A stretch of 64,000 nt of DNA from Antedon mediterranea (taxonomy: Eukaryota; Animalia; Echinodermata): contig NC_092671.1 in the NCBI RefSeq assembly GCF_964355755.1, positions 21,531,317-21,595,316 of the forward strand. The letters run 5' to 3'. The position numbers and the translations under genes are program-made. Below the pieces are notes generated by a model. That model saw only the letters and a program-made list of their open reading frames with translations, searched no databases and was not told the DNA's origin. This document shows, piece by piece, positions 27,077 to 42,361 of this stretch (position 1 is its first letter; each line of letters starts with the position of its first letter).

Positions 27077-30000
27077 AATAGCTTCAAATCGCATTTGGAG
27101 ACGTTTTAGACCATTTTGTAATTTTCAAAAAAACTTGTTAACATAAAAACACCAAAGTTCTTAGAATAGCTTCAAATCGCATTTGGAGACGTTTTAGACC
27201 ATTTTGTGCATTTCGATGAAACTTGGTTACACAAAAACATCAAAGTGCTTAAAATCACATTATAAACCGTTTTAGACCATTTGAGCATTTCGATAACACT
27301 TTTCACACAAAAACATCAAAGTTCACAATATAGCTTAATATCCTATTTAAAAACGTTTTAGACCATTTTGAGCATTTCGACAAAACTTTTTCACACAAAA
27401 CACCAAAGTGCTTAGAATACCTTCAAATCGCATTTGGAGACGTTTTAGACAATTTTGTGATTTTCGAAAAAACTTGTTAACATAAAAACACCAAAGTTTA
27501 CAGAATAGCTTCAAATCGCATTTGGAGACGTTTTAGACAATTTTGTGATTTTCGAAAAAACTTGTTAACATAAAAACACCAAAGTGCTTAGAATAGCTTC
27601 AAATCGCATTGGGAGACGTTTTAGACCATTTTGTGATTTTCGAAAAAACTTGTTAACATAAAAACACCAAAGTGCTTAGAATAGCTTCAAATCGCATTTG
27701 GAGACGTTTTAGACCATTTTGTGATTTTCGAAAAAACTTGTTAACATAAAAACGCCAAAGTTCTTAAAATAGCTTCAAATCGCATTTGGAGACGTTTTAG
27801 ACCATTTTGTGATTTTCGAAAAAACTTGTTAACATAAAAACACCAAAGTGTTTAGAAAAGCTTCAAATCGCATTTGGAGACGTTTTAGACCATTTTGGGA
27901 TTTTTGAAAAAACTTGTTAACATAAAAACACCAAAGTGCTTAGAATAGCTTCAAATCGCATTTGGAGACGTTTTAGACCATTTTGTAATTTTCAAAAAAA
28001 CTTGTTAACATAAAAACACCAAAGTTCTTAGAATAGCTTCAAATCGCATTTGGAGACGTTTTAGACCATTTTGTGCATTTCGATAAAACTTGGTTACACA
28101 AAAACATCAAAGTGCTTAAAATCACGTTATAAACCGTTTTAGACCATTTGAGCATTTCGATAACACTTTTCACACAAAAACATCAAAGGGCACAATATAG
28201 CTTAATATCCTATTTAAAAACGTTTTAGACCATTTTGAGCATTTCGACAAAACTTTTTCACACAAAACACCAAAGTGCTTAGAATACCTTCAAATCGCAT
28301 TTGGAGACGTTTTAGACAATTTTGTGATTTTCGAAAAAACTTAACATAAAAACATCAAAGTTTACAGAATAGCTTCAAATCGCTTTTGGAGACGTTTTAG
28401 ACAATTTTGTGATTTTCGAAAAAACTTGTTAACATAAAAACACCAAAGTGCTTAGAATAGCTTCAAATCGCATTGGGAGACGTTTTAGACCATTTTGTGA
28501 TTTTCGAAAAAACTTGTTAACATAAAAACATCAAAGTGTACAGAATAGCTTCAAATCGCATTTGGAGACGTTTTAGACCATTTTGTGATTTTCGAAAAAA
28601 CTTGTTAACATAAAAACACCAAAGTGCTTAGAATAGCTTCAAATCGCATTTGGAGACGTTTTAAACCATTTTGTGATTTTCGAAAAAACTTGTTAACATA
28701 AAAACACCAAAATGTTTAGAATAGCTTCAAATCGCATTTGGAGACGTTTTAGACCATTTTGTGATTTTCGAAAAAACTTGTTAACACAAAAACACCAAAG
28801 TGATTAGAATAGCTTCAAATCGCATTTGGAGACGTTTTAGACCATTTTGTGATTTTCGAAAAAACTTGTTAACATAAAAACACCAAAGTGATTAGAATAG
28901 CTTCAAATCGCATTTGGAGACGTTTTAGACCATTTTGTGCATTTCGATGAAACTTGGTTACGCAAAAACATCAAAGTGCTTAAAATCACATTATAAACCG
29001 TTTTAGACCATTTTGAGCATATCGATAACACTTTTTACACAAAACACCAAAGTGCTTAGAATAGCTTCAAATCGCATTTGGAGACGTTTTAGACCATTTT
29101 GTGATTTTCGACAAAACTTTTTCACACAAAACACCAAAGTGCTTAGAATACCTTCAAATCGCATTTGGAGACGTTTTAGACCATTTTGTGATTTTCGAAA
29201 AAACTTGTTAACATAAAAACATCAAAATGTTTAGAATAGCTTCAAATCACATTTGGAGACGTTTTAGACCATTTTGTGATTTTCGAAAAAACTTGTTAAC
29301 ACAAAAACACCAAAGTGATTAGAATAGCTTCAAATCGCATTTGGAGACGTTTTAGACCAATTTGTGCATTTCGATGAAACTTGGTTACGCAAAAACATCA
29401 AAGTGCTTAAAATCACATTATAAACCGTTTTAGACCATTTTGAGCATATCGATAACACTTTTCACACAAAAACATCAAAGAGCACAATATAGCTTAATAT
29501 CTTATTTAAAAACGTTTTAGACCATTTTGAGCATTTCGACAAAACTTTTTCACACAAAACACCAAAGTGCTTAGAATAGCTTCAAATCGCATTTGGAGAC
29601 GTTTTAGACCATTTTGTGATTTTCGAAAAAACTTGTTAACATAAAAACATCAAAGTGCTAAGAATAGCTTCAAATCGCATTTGGAGACATTTTAGACCAA
29701 TTAGTGATTTTCGAAAAAACTTGGTTACACAAAAACATCAAAGTGGTTAAAATCACATTATAAACCGTTTTAGACCATTTTGAGCATTTCGATAACACTT
29801 TTCACACAAAAACATCAAAGTGCTTAGAATAGCTTCAAATCGCATTTGGAGACGTTTTAGACCATTTTGTGATTTTCGAAAAAAACTTTTTAACATAAAA
29901 ACACCAAACTTCTAAGAATAGCTTCAAATCGCATATGGAGACAATTTAGACCATTTTGTGATTTTCGAAAAAACTTGTTAACATAAAAACACCAAAGTGC

Positions 30001-30759
30001 TAAGAATAGCTTCAAATCGCATATGGAGACAATTTAGACCATTTTGTGATTTTCGAAAAAACTTGTTAACATAAAAACACCAAAGTGCTTAGAATACCTT
30101 CAAATCGCATTTGGAGACGTTTAAGACCATTTTGTGATTTTCGAAAAAACTTGTTAACATAAAAACACCAAAGTGCTTAGAATAGCTTCAAATCGCATTT
30201 GGAGACGTTTTAGACCAATTTGTGATTTTCGAAAAAACTTGGTTACACAAAAACATCAAAGTGGATAAAAGCACATTATAAACCGTTTTAGACCATTTTG
30301 AGCATTTCGATAACACATTTCACACAAAAACATCAAAGAGCACAAAATAGCTTAATATCGTATTTAAAAACGTTTTAAACCATTTTGAGCATTTCGACAA
30401 AACTTTTTCACACAAAACACCAAAGTGTTTAGAAAAGCTTCAAATCGCATTTGGAGACGTTTTAGACCATTTTGGGATTTTCGAAAAAACTTGTTAACAT
30501 AAAAACACCAAAGTGCTTAGAATAGCTTCAAATCGCATTTGAAGACGTTTTAGACCATTTTGTAATTTTCGAAAAAACTTGTTAACATAAAAACACCAAA
30601 ATGTTTAGAATAGCTTCAAATCGCATTTGGAGACGTTTTAGACCATTTTGTGATTTTCGAAAAAACTTGTTAACACAAAAACACCAAAGTGATTAGAATA
30701 GCTTCAAATCGCATTTGGAGACGTTTTAGACCATTTTGTGATTTTCGAAAAAACTTGTT

Positions 30760-33700
30760 AACATAAAAACACCAAAGTGATTAGAATAGCTTCAAATCGC
30801 ATTTGGAGACGTTTTAGACCATTTTGTGCATTTCGATGAAACTTGGTTACGCAAAAACATCAAAGTAATAATCACATTATAAACAGTTTTAGACCATTTT
30901 GAGCATATCGATAAAACTTTTTACACAAAACACCAAAGTGCTTAGAATAGCTTCAAATCGCATTTGGAGACGTTTTAGACCATTTTGTGATTTTCGACAA
31001 AACTTTTTCACACAAAACACCAAAGTGCTTAGAATACCTTCAAATCGCATTTGGAGACGTTTTAGACCATTTTGTGATTTTCGAAAAAACTTGTTAACAT
31101 AAAAACATCAAAGTGTACAGATTAGCTTCAAATCGCATTTGGAGACGTTTTAGACCATTTTGTGATTTTCGAAAAAACTTGTTAACATAAAAACACCAAA
31201 GTGCTCAGAATAGCTTCAAATCGCATTAGGAGACGTTTTAGACCATTTTGTTATTTTCGAAAAAACTTGTTAACATAAAAACACCAAAATGTTTAGAATA
31301 GCTTCAAATCGCATTTGGAAACGTTTTAGACCATTTTGTGATTTTCGAAAAAACTTGTTAACATAAAAACACCAAAGTGCTTAGAATACCTTCAAATCGC
31401 ATTTGGAGACGTTTTAGACCATTTTGTGATTTTCCAAAAAACTTGTTAACATAAAAACATCAAAGTGTACAGAATAGCTTCAAATCGCATTTGGAGACGT
31501 TTTAGACCATTTTGTGATTTTCGAAAAAACTTGTTAACATAAAAACACCAAAGTGCTTAGAATAGCTTCAAATCGCATTAGGAGACGTTTTAGACCATTT
31601 TGTGATTTTCGAAAAAACTTGTTAACATAAAAACACCAAAGTGCTTAGAATAGCTTCAAATCGCATTTGGAGACGTTTTAGACCATTTTGTGATTTTCGA
31701 AAAAACTTGTTAACATAAAAACACCAAAATGTTTAGAATAGCTTCAAATCACATTTGGAGACGTTTTAGACCATTTTGTGATTTTCGAAAAAACTTGTTA
31801 ACACAAAAACACCAAAGTGATTAGAATAGCTTCAAATCGCATTTGGAGACGTTTTAGACCAATTTGTGCATTTCGATGAAACTTGGTTACGCAAAAACAT
31901 CAAAGTGCTTAAAATCACATTATAAACCGTTTTAGACCATTTTGAGCATATCGATAACACTTTTCACACAAAAACATCAAAGAGCACAATATAGCTTAAT
32001 ATCTTATTTAAAAACGTTTTAGACCATTTTGAGCATTTCGACAAAACTTTTTCACACAAAACACCAAAGTGCTTAGAATAGCTTCAAATCGCATTTGGAG
32101 ACGTTTTAGACCATTTTGTGATTTTCGAAAAAACTTTTTCACACAAAACACCAAAGTGCTTAGAATACCTTCAAATCGCATTTGGAGACGTTTTAGACCA
32201 TTTTGTGATTTTCGAAAAAACTTGTTAACATAAAAACATCAAAGTGTACAGAATAGCTTCAAATCGCATTTGGAGACGTTTTAGACCATTTTGTGATTTT
32301 CGAAAAAACTTGTTAACATAAAAACACCAAAGTGCTTAGAATAGCTTCAAATCGCATTAGGAGACGTTTTAGACCATTTTGTGATTTTCGAAAAAACTTG
32401 TTAACACAAAAACACCAAAGTGCTTAGAATAGCTTCAAATCGCATTTGGAGACGTTTTAGACCATTTTGTGATTTTCGAAAAAACTTGTTAACATTAAAA
32501 CACCAAAATGTTTAGAATAGCTTCAAATCGCATTTGGAGACGTTTTAGACCATTTTGTGATTTTCGAAAAAACTTGTTAACACAAAAACACCAAAGTGAT
32601 TAGAATAGCTTCAAATCGCATTTGGAGACGTTTTAGACCATTTTGTGCATTTCGATGAAACTTGGTTACGGAAAAACATCAAAGTGCTTAAAATCACATT
32701 ATAAACCGTTTTAGACCATTTTGAGCATATCGATAACACTTTTCACACAAAAACATCAAAGAGCACAATATAGCTTAATATCGTATTTAAAAACGTTTTA
32801 GACCATTTTGAGCATTTCGACAAAACTTTTTCACACAAAACACCAAAGTGCTTAGAATAGCTTCAAATCGCATTTGGAGACGTTTTAGACCATTTTGTGA
32901 TTTTCGAAAAAACTTGTTAACATAAAAACACCAAAGTGATTAGAATAGCTTCAAATCGCATTTGGAGACGTTTTAGACCATTTTGTGCATTTCGATGAAA
33001 CTTGGTTACGCAAAAACATCAAAGTAATAATCACATTATAAACAGTTTTAGACCATTTTGAGCATATCGATAAAACTTTTTACACAAAACACCAAAGTGC
33101 TTAGAATAGCTTCAAATCGCATTTGGAGACGTTTTAGACCATTTTGTGATTTTCGACAAAACTTTTTCACACAAAACACCAAAGTGCTTAGAATACCTTC
33201 AAATCGCATTTGGAGACGTTTTAGACCATTTTGTGATTTTCGAAAAAACTTGTTAACATAAAAACATCAAAGTGTACAGATTAGCTTCAAATCGCATTTG
33301 GAGACGTTTTAGACCATTTTGTGATTTTCGAAAAAACTTGTTAACATAAAAACACCAAAGTGCTTAGAATAGCTTCAAATCGCATTAGGAGACGTTTTAG
33401 ACCATTTTGTTATTTTCGAAAAAACTTGTTAACATAAAAACACCAAAATGTTTAGAATAGCTTCAAATCGCATTTGGAGACGTTTTAGACCATTTTGTGA
33501 TTTTCGAAAAAACTTGTTAACATAAAAACACCAAAGTGCTTAGAATACCTTCAAATCGCATTTGGAGACGTTTTAGACCATTTTGTGATTTTCCAAAAAA
33601 CTTGTTAACATAAAAACATCAAAGTGTACAGAATAGCTTCAAATCGCATTTGGAGACGTTTTAGACCATTTTGTGATTTTCGAAAAAACTTGTTAACATA

Positions 33701-35080
33701 AAAACACCAAAGTGCTTAGAATAGCTTCAAATCGCATTAGGAGACGTTTTAGACCATTTTGTGATTTTCGAAAAAACTTGTTAACATAAAAACACCAAAG
33801 TGCTTAGAATAGCTTCAAATCGCATTTGGAGACGTTTTAGACCATTTTGTGATTTTCGAAAAAACTTGTTAACATAAAAACACCAAAATGTTTAGAATAG
33901 CTTCAAATCACATTTGGAGACGTTTTAGACCATTTTGTGATTTTCGAAAAAACTTGTTAACACAAAAACACCAAAGTGATTAGAATAGCTTCAAATCGCA
34001 TTTGGAGACGTTTTAGACCAATTTGTGCATTTCGATGAAACTTGGTTACGCAAAAACATCAAAGTGCTTAAAATCACATTATAAACCGTTTTAGACCATT
34101 TTGAGCATATCGATAACACTTTTCACACAAAAACATCAAAGAGCACAATATAGCTTAATATCTTATTTAAAAACGTTTTAGACCATTTTGAGCATTTCGA
34201 CAAAACTTTTTCACACAAAACACCAAAGTGCTTAGAATAGCTTCAAATCGCATTTGGAGACGTTTTAGACCATTTTGTGATTTTCGAAAAAACTTTTTCA
34301 CACAAAACACCAAAGTGCTTAGAATACCTTCAAATCGCATTTGGAGACGTTTTAGACCATTTTGTGATTTTCGAAAAAACTTGTTAACATAAAAACATCA
34401 AAGTGTACAGAATAGCTTCAAATCGCATTTGGAGACGTTTTAGACCATTTTGTGATTTTCGAAAAAACTTGTTAACATAAAAACACCAAAGTGCTTAGAA
34501 TAGCTTCAAATCGCATTAGGAGACGTTTTAGACCATTTTGTGATTTTCGAAAAAACTTGTTAACACAAAAACACCAAAGTGCTTAGAATAGCTTCAAATC
34601 GCATTTGGAGACGTTTTAGACCATTTTGTGATTTTCGAAAAAACTTGTTAACATTAAAACACCAAAATGTTTAGAATAGCTTCAAATCGCATTTGGAGAC
34701 GTTTTAGACCATTTTGTGATTTTCGAAAAAACTTGTTAACACAAAAACACCAAAGTGATTAGAATAGCTTCAAATCGCATTTGGAGACGTTTTAGACCAT
34801 TTTGTGCATTTCGATGAAACTTGGTTACGGAAAAACATCAAAGTGCTTAAAATCACATTATAAACCGTTTTAGACCATTTTGAGCATATCGATAACACTT
34901 TTCACACAAAAACATCAAAGAGCACAATATAGCTTAATATCGTATTTAAAAACGTTTTAGACCATTTTGAGCATTTCGACAAAACTTTTTCACACAAAAC
35001 ACCAAAGTGCTTAGAATAGCTTCAAATCGCATTTGGAGACGTTTTAGACCATTTTGTGATTTTCGAAAAAACTTGTTAAC
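30760..35080 (+). repeat. Local tandem duplication, 2159-bp unit x2
   Basis: Rare variants GTTACGG (32670/34829) and AACATTAAAA (32491/34650) and ORFs 30899/33058 all differ by 2159. Confidence 0.85.
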
Positions 35081-38000
35081 ATAAAAACATCAAAGGGCTA
35101 AGAATAGCTTCAAATCGCATTTGGAGACATTTTAGACCAATTAGTGATTTTCGAAAAAACTTGGTTACACAAAAACATCAAAGTGGTTAAAATCACATTA
35201 TAAACCGTTTTAGACCATTTTGAGCATTTCGATAACACTTTTTACACAAAAACATCAAAGTGCTTAGAATAGCTTCAAATCGCATTTGGAGACGTTTTAG
35301 ACCATTTTGTGATTTTCGAAAAAAACTTTTTAACATAAAAACACCAAACTGCTAAGAATAGCTTCAAATCGCATATGGAGACAATTTAGACCATTTTGTG
35401 ATTTTCGAAAAAACTTGTTAACATAAAAACACCAAAGTGCTTAGAATACCTTCAAATCGCATTTGGAGACGTTTTAGACCATTTTGTGATTTTCCAAAAA
35501 ACTTGTTAACATAAAAACATCAAAGTGTACAGAATAGCTTCAAATCGCATTTGGAGACGTTTTAGACCATTTTGTGATTTTCGAAAAAACTTGTTAACAT
35601 AAAAACACCAAAGTGCTTAGAATAGCTTCAAATCGCATTAGGAGACGTTTTAGACCATTTTGTGATTTTCGAAAAAACTTGTTAACATAAAAACACCAAA
35701 GTGCTTAGAATAGCTTCAAATCGCATTTGGAGACGTTTTAGACCATTTTGTGATTTTCGAAAAAACTTGTTAACATAAAAACACCAAAATGTTTAGAATA
35801 GCTTCAAATCACATTTGGAGACGTTTTAGACCATTTTGTGATTTTCGAAAAAACTTGTTAACACAAAAACACCAAAGTGATTAGAATAGCTTCAAATCGC
35901 ATTTGGAGACGTTTTAGACCAATTTGTGCATTTCGATGAAACTTGGTTACGCAAAAACATCAAAGTGCTTAAAATCACATTATAAACCGTTTTAGACCAT
36001 TTTGAGCATATCGATAACACTTTTCACACAAAAACATCAAAGAGCACAATATAGCTTAATATCTTATTTAAAAACGTTTTAGACCATTTTGAGCATTTCG
36101 ACAAAACTTTTTCACACAAAACACCAAAGTGCTTAGAATAGCTTCAAATCGCATTTGGAGACGTTTTAGACCATTTTGTGATTTTCGAAAAAACTTGTTA
36201 ACATAAAAACATCAAAGTGCTAAGAATAGCTTCAAATCGCATTTGGAGACATTTTAGACCAATTAGTGATTTTCGAAAAAACTTGGTTACACAAAAACAT
36301 CAAAGTGGTTAAAATCACATTATAAACCGTTTTAGACCATTTTGAGCATTTCGATAACACTTTTCACACAAAAACATCAAAGTGCTTAGAATAGCTTCAA
36401 ATCGCATTTGGAGACGTTTTAGACCATTTTGTGATTTTCGAAAAAAACTTTTTAACATAAAAACACCAAACTGCTAAGAATAGCTTCAAATCGCATATGG
36501 AGACAATTTAGACCATTTTGTGATTTTCGAAAAAACTTGTTAACATAAAAACACCAAAGTGCTTAGAATACCTTCAAATCGCATTTGGAGACATTTTAGA
36601 CCATTTTGTGATTTTCGAAAAAACTTGTTAACATAAAAACATCAAAGTGCTAAGAATAGCTTCCAATCGCATTTGGAGACGTTTTAGACCATTTTGTGAT
36701 TTTCGAAAACAACTTGTTAACATAAAAACACCAAAGTGCTTAGAATAGCTTCAAATCGCATTTGGAGACGTTTTAGACCAATTTGTGATTTTCGAAAAAA
36801 CTTGGTTACACAAAAACATCAAAGTGGATAAAATCACATTATAAACCGTTTTAGACCATTTTGAGCATATCGATAACACTTTTCACACAAAAACATCAAA
36901 GACCACAATATAGCTTAATATCGTATTTAAAAACGTTTTAGACCATTTTGAGCATTTCGACAAAACTTTTTCACACAAAACACCAAAGTGCTTAGAATAG
37001 CTTCAAATCGCATTTGGAGACGTTTTAGACCATTTTGTGATTTTCGAAAAAACTTGTTAACATAAAAACATCAAAGTGCTAAGAATAGCTTCAAATCGAA
37101 TTTGGAGACATTTTAGACCAATTAGTGATTTTCGAAAAAACTTGGTTACACAAAAACATCAAAGTGGTTAAAATCACATTATAAACCGTTTTAGACCATT
37201 TTGAGCATTTCGATAACACTTTTCACACAAAAACATCAAAGTGCTTAGAATAGCTTCAAATCGCATTTGGAGACGTTTTAGACCATTTTGTGATTTTCGA
37301 AAAAACTTGTTAACATAAAAACACCAAACTGCTAAGAATAGCTTCAAATCGCATTAGGAGACGTTTTAGACCATTTTGTGATTTTCGAAAAAACTTGTTA
37401 ACATAAAAACACCAAAGTGCTTAGAATAGCTTCAAATCGCATTTGGAGACGTTTTAGACCATTTTGTAATTTTCGAAAAAACTTGTTAACATAAAAACAC
37501 CAAAATGTTTAGAATAGCTTCAAATCACATTTGGAGACGTTTTAGACCATTTTGTGATTTTCGAAAAAACTTGTTAACACAAAAACACCAAAGTGATTAG
37601 AATAGCTTCAAATCGCATTTGGAGACGTTTTAGACCAATTTGTGCATTTCGATGAAACTTGGTTACGCAAAAACATCAAAGTGCTTAAAATCACATTATA
37701 AACCGTTTTAGACCATTTTGAGCATATCGATAACACTTTTCACACAAAAACATCAAAGAGCACAATATAGCTTAATATCTTATTTAAAAACGTTTTAGAC
37801 CATTTTGAGCATTTCGACAAAACTTTTTCACACAAAACACCAAAGTGCTTAGAATAGCTTCAAATCGCATTTGGAGACGTTTTAGACCATTTTGTGATTT
37901 TCGAAAAAACTTGTTAACATAAAAACATCAAAGTGCTAAGAATAGCTTCAAATCGCATTTGGAGACATTTTAGACCAATTAGTGATTTTCGAAAAAACTT

Positions 38001-41000
38001 GGTTACATAAAAACATCAAAGTGGTTAAAATCACATTATAAACCGTTTTAGACCATTTTGAGCATTTCGATAACACTTTTCACACAAAAACATCAAAGTG
38101 CTTAGAATAGCTTCAAATCGCATTTGGAGACGTTTTAGACCATTTTGTGATTTTCGAAAAAAACTTTTTAACATAAAAACACCAAACTTCTAAGAATAGC
38201 TTCAAATCGCATATGGAGACAATTTAGACCATTTTGTGATTTTCGAAAAAACTTGTTAACATAAAAACACCAAAGTGCTAAGAATAGCTTCAAATCGCAT
38301 ATGGAGACAATTTAGACCATTTTGTGATTTTCGAAAAAACTTGTTAACATAAAAACACCAAAGTGCTTAGAATACCTTCAAATCGCATTTGGAGACGTTT
38401 AAGACCATTTTGTGATTTTCGAAAAAACTTGTTAACATAAAAACACCAAAGTGCTTAGAATAGCTTCAAATCGCATTTGGAGACGTTTTAGACCAATTTG
38501 TGATTTTCGAAAAAACTTGGTTACACAAAAACATCAAAGTGGATAAAAGCACATTATAAACCGTTTTAGACCATTTTGAGCATTTCGATAACACATTTCA
38601 CACAAAAACATCAAAGAGCACAAAATAGCTTAATATCGTATTTAAAAACGTTTTAAACCATTTTGAGCATTTCGACAAAACTTTTTCACACAAAACACCA
38701 AAGTGTTTAGAAAAGCTTCAAATCGCATTTGGAGACGTTTTAGACCATTTTGTGATTTTCGAAAAAACTTGTTAACACAAAAACACCAAAGTGATTAGAA
38801 TAGCTTCAAATCGCATTTGGAGACGTTTTAGACCATTTTGTGATTTTCGAAAAAACTTGTTAACATAAAAACACCAAAGTGATTAGAATAGCTTCAAATC
38901 GCATTTGGAGACGTTTTAGACCATTTTGTGCATTTCGATGAAACTTGGTTACGCAAAAACATCAAAGTAATAATCACATTATAAACAGTTTTAGACCATT
39001 TTGAGCATATCGATAAAACTTTTTACACAAAACACCAAAGTGCTTAGAATAGCTTCAAATCGCATTTGGAGACGTTTTAGACCATTTTGTGATTTTCGAC
39101 AAAACTTTTTCACACAAAACACCAAAGTGCTTAGAATACCTTCAAATCGCATTTGGAGACGTTTTAGACCATTTTGTGATTTTCGAAAAAACTTGTTAAC
39201 ATAAAAACATCAAAGTGTACAGATTAGCTTCAAATCGCATTTGGAGACGTTTTAGACCATTTTGTGATTTTCGAAAAAACTTGTTAACATAAAAACACCA
39301 AAGTGCTTAGAATAGCTTCAAATCGCATTAGGAGACGTTTTAGACCATTTTGTTATTTTCGAAAAAACTTGTTAACATAAAAACACCAAAATGTTTAGAA
39401 TAGCTTCAAATCGCATTTGGAGACGTTTTAGACCATTTTGTGATTTTCGAAAAAACTTGTTAACATAAAAACACCAAAGTGCTTAGAATACCTTCAAATC
39501 GCATTTGGAGACGTTTTAGACCATTTTGTGATTTTCCAAAAAACTTGTTAACATAAAAACATCAAAGTGTACAGAATAGCTTCAAATCGCATTTGGAGAC
39601 GTTTTAGACCATTTTGTGATTTTCGAAAAAACTTGTTAACATAAAAACACCAAAGTGCTTAGAATAGCTTCAAATCGCATTAGGAGACGTTTTAGACCAT
39701 TTTGTGATTTTCGAAAAAACTTGTTAACATAAAAACACCAAAGTGCTTAGAATAGCTTCAAATCGCATTTGGAGACGTTTTAGACCATTTTGTGATTTTC
39801 GAAAAAACTTGTTAACATAAAAATACCAAAATGTTTAGAATAGCTTCAAATCACATTTGGAGACGTTTTAGACCATTTTGTGATTTTCGAAAAAACTTGT
39901 TAACACAAAAACACCAAAGTGATTAGAATAGCTTCAAATCGCATTTGGAGACGTTTTAGACCAATTTGTGCATTTCGATGAAACTTGGTTACGCAAAAAC
40001 ATCAAAGTGCTTAAAATCACATTATAAACCGTTTTAGACCATTTTGAGCATATCGATAACACTTTTCACACAAAAACATCAAAGAGCACAATATAGCTTA
40101 ATATCTTATTTAAAAACGTTTTAGACCATTTTGAGCATTTCGACAAAACTTTTTCACACAAAACACCAAAGTGCTTAGAATAGCTTCAAATCGCATTTGG
40201 AGACGTTTTAGACCATTTTGTGATTTTCGAAAAAACTTTTTAACATAAAAACACCAAACTGCTAAGAATAGCTTCAAATCGCATATGGAGACAATTTAGA
40301 CCATTTTGTGATTTTCGAAAAAACTTGTTAACATAAAAACACCAAAGTGCTTAGAATACCTTCAAATCGCATTTGGAGACATTTTAGACCATTTTGTGAT
40401 TTTCGAAAAAACTTGTTAACATAAAAACATCAAAGTGCTAAGAATAGCTTCCAATCGCATTTGTAGACGTTTTAGACCATTTTGTGATTTTCGAAAACAA
40501 CTTGTTAACATAAAAACACCAAAGTGCTTAGAATAGCTTCAAATCGCATTTGGAGACGTTTTAGACCATTTTGTGATTTTCGAAAAAACTTGTTAACATA
40601 AAAACATCAAAGTGCTAAGAATAGCTTCAAATCGAATTTGGAGACATTTTAGACCAATTAGTGATTTTCGAAAAAACTTGGTTACACAAAAACATCAAAG
40701 TGGTTAAAATCACATTATAAACCGTTTTAGACCATTTTGAGCATTTCGATAACACTTTTCACACAAAAACATCAAAGTGCTTAGAATAGCTTCAAATCGC
40801 ATTTGGAGACGTTTTAGACCATTTTGTGATTTTCGAAAAAAACTTTTTAACATAAAAACACCAAACTGCTAAGAATAGCTTCAAATCGCATATGGAGACA
40901 ATTTAGACCATTTTGTGATTTTCGAAAAAACTTGTTAACATAAAAACACCAAAGTGCTTAGAATACCTTCAAATCGCATTTGGAGACATTTTAGACCATT

Positions 41001-42008
41001 TTGTGATTTTCGAAAAAACTTGTTAACATAAAAACATCAAAGTGCTAAGAATAGCTTCCAATCGCATTTGGAGACGTTTTAGACCATTTTGTGATTTTCG
41101 AAAAAACTTGTTAACATAAAAACACCAAAGTGATTAGAATAGCTTCAAATCGCATTTGGAGACGTTTTAGACCATTTTGTGCATTTCGATGAAACTTGGT
41201 TACGCAAAAACATCAAAGTGCTTAAAATCACATTATAAACCGTTTTAGACCATTTTGAGCATATCGATAACACTTTTTACACAAAACACCAAAGTGCTTA
41301 GAATAGCTTCAAATCGCATTTGGAGACGTTTTAGACCATTTTGTGATTTTCGACAAAACTTTTTCACACAAAACACCAAAGTGCTTAGAATACCTTCAAA
41401 TCGCATTTGGAGACGTTTTAGACCATTTTGTGATTTTCGAAAAAACTTGTTAACATAAAAACATCAAAGTGTACAGAATAGCTTCAAATCGCATTTGGAG
41501 ACGTTTTAGACCATTTTGTGATTTTCGAAAAAACTTGTTAACATAAAAACACCAAAGTGCTTAGAATAGCTTCAAATCGCATTTGGAGACGTTTTAGACC
41601 ATTTTGTGATTTTCGAAAAAACTTGTTAACATAAAAACACCAAAGTGCTTAGAATAGCTTCAAATCGCATTAGGAGACGTTTTAGACCATTTTGTGATTT
41701 TCGAAAAAACTTGTTAACATAAAAACACCAAAGTGCTTAGAATAGCTTCAAATCGCATTTGGAGACGTTTTAGACCATTTTGTGATTTTCGAAAAAACTT
41801 GTTAACATAAAAAAAACAAAGTTCTTAAAATAGCTTCAAATCGCATTTGGAGACGTTTTAGACCATTTTGTGATTTTCGAAAAAACCTGTTAACATAAAA
41901 ACACCAAAGTGTTTAGAAAAGCTTCAAATCGCATTTGGAGACGTTTTAGACCATTTTGGGATTTTCGAAAAAACTTGTTAACATAAAAACACCAAAGTGC
42001 TTAGAATA

Positions 42009-42361
42009 TGGCCGAGCGGTTAAGGCAGGGGCGCCGTTTATCGTACCTAAAGAGCCAACAACAACATCGGCAAGGGTTCGAGGCCGACTCGCTCCTAGTT
42101 CTGGTGGTGGAACAAGTCTTCTCGGATAAGGACTATAAACCGTAGGTCCAGTGTACACAGTTATAACATGTGTGTACTTTAAAGAACCCAGTTCATTATT
42201 CGAAAAAGAGTAGGGGGTTACCCCGGTGAACTGGTTCACACAATAGCCTCTGTATCAGGGGGATTACCACCTATCTGATAGGACAGTGATTAATTCACTA
42301 TTGGTAATCCTTGGCCACAGTGCCTAAAGACATAAAATAAAATAAAAATAAATAAATAAAT
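42009..42361 (+). mobile_element. tRNA-derived SINE, copy 3
   Basis: Identical by eye to copies 1 and 2; offset 33753 bp from copy 1 and 15285 bp from copy 2. Confidence 0.9.

Larger units (their letters stand above)
4450..31250 (+). repeat. Segmental repeat with 18468-bp offset containing the SINE (about 4450-12780 matches about 22920-31250)
   Basis: Constant offset for ORF pairs 5248/23716, 7502/25970, 8193/26661, 10545/29013 and 12431/30899. Boundaries approximate. Confidence 0.85.
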
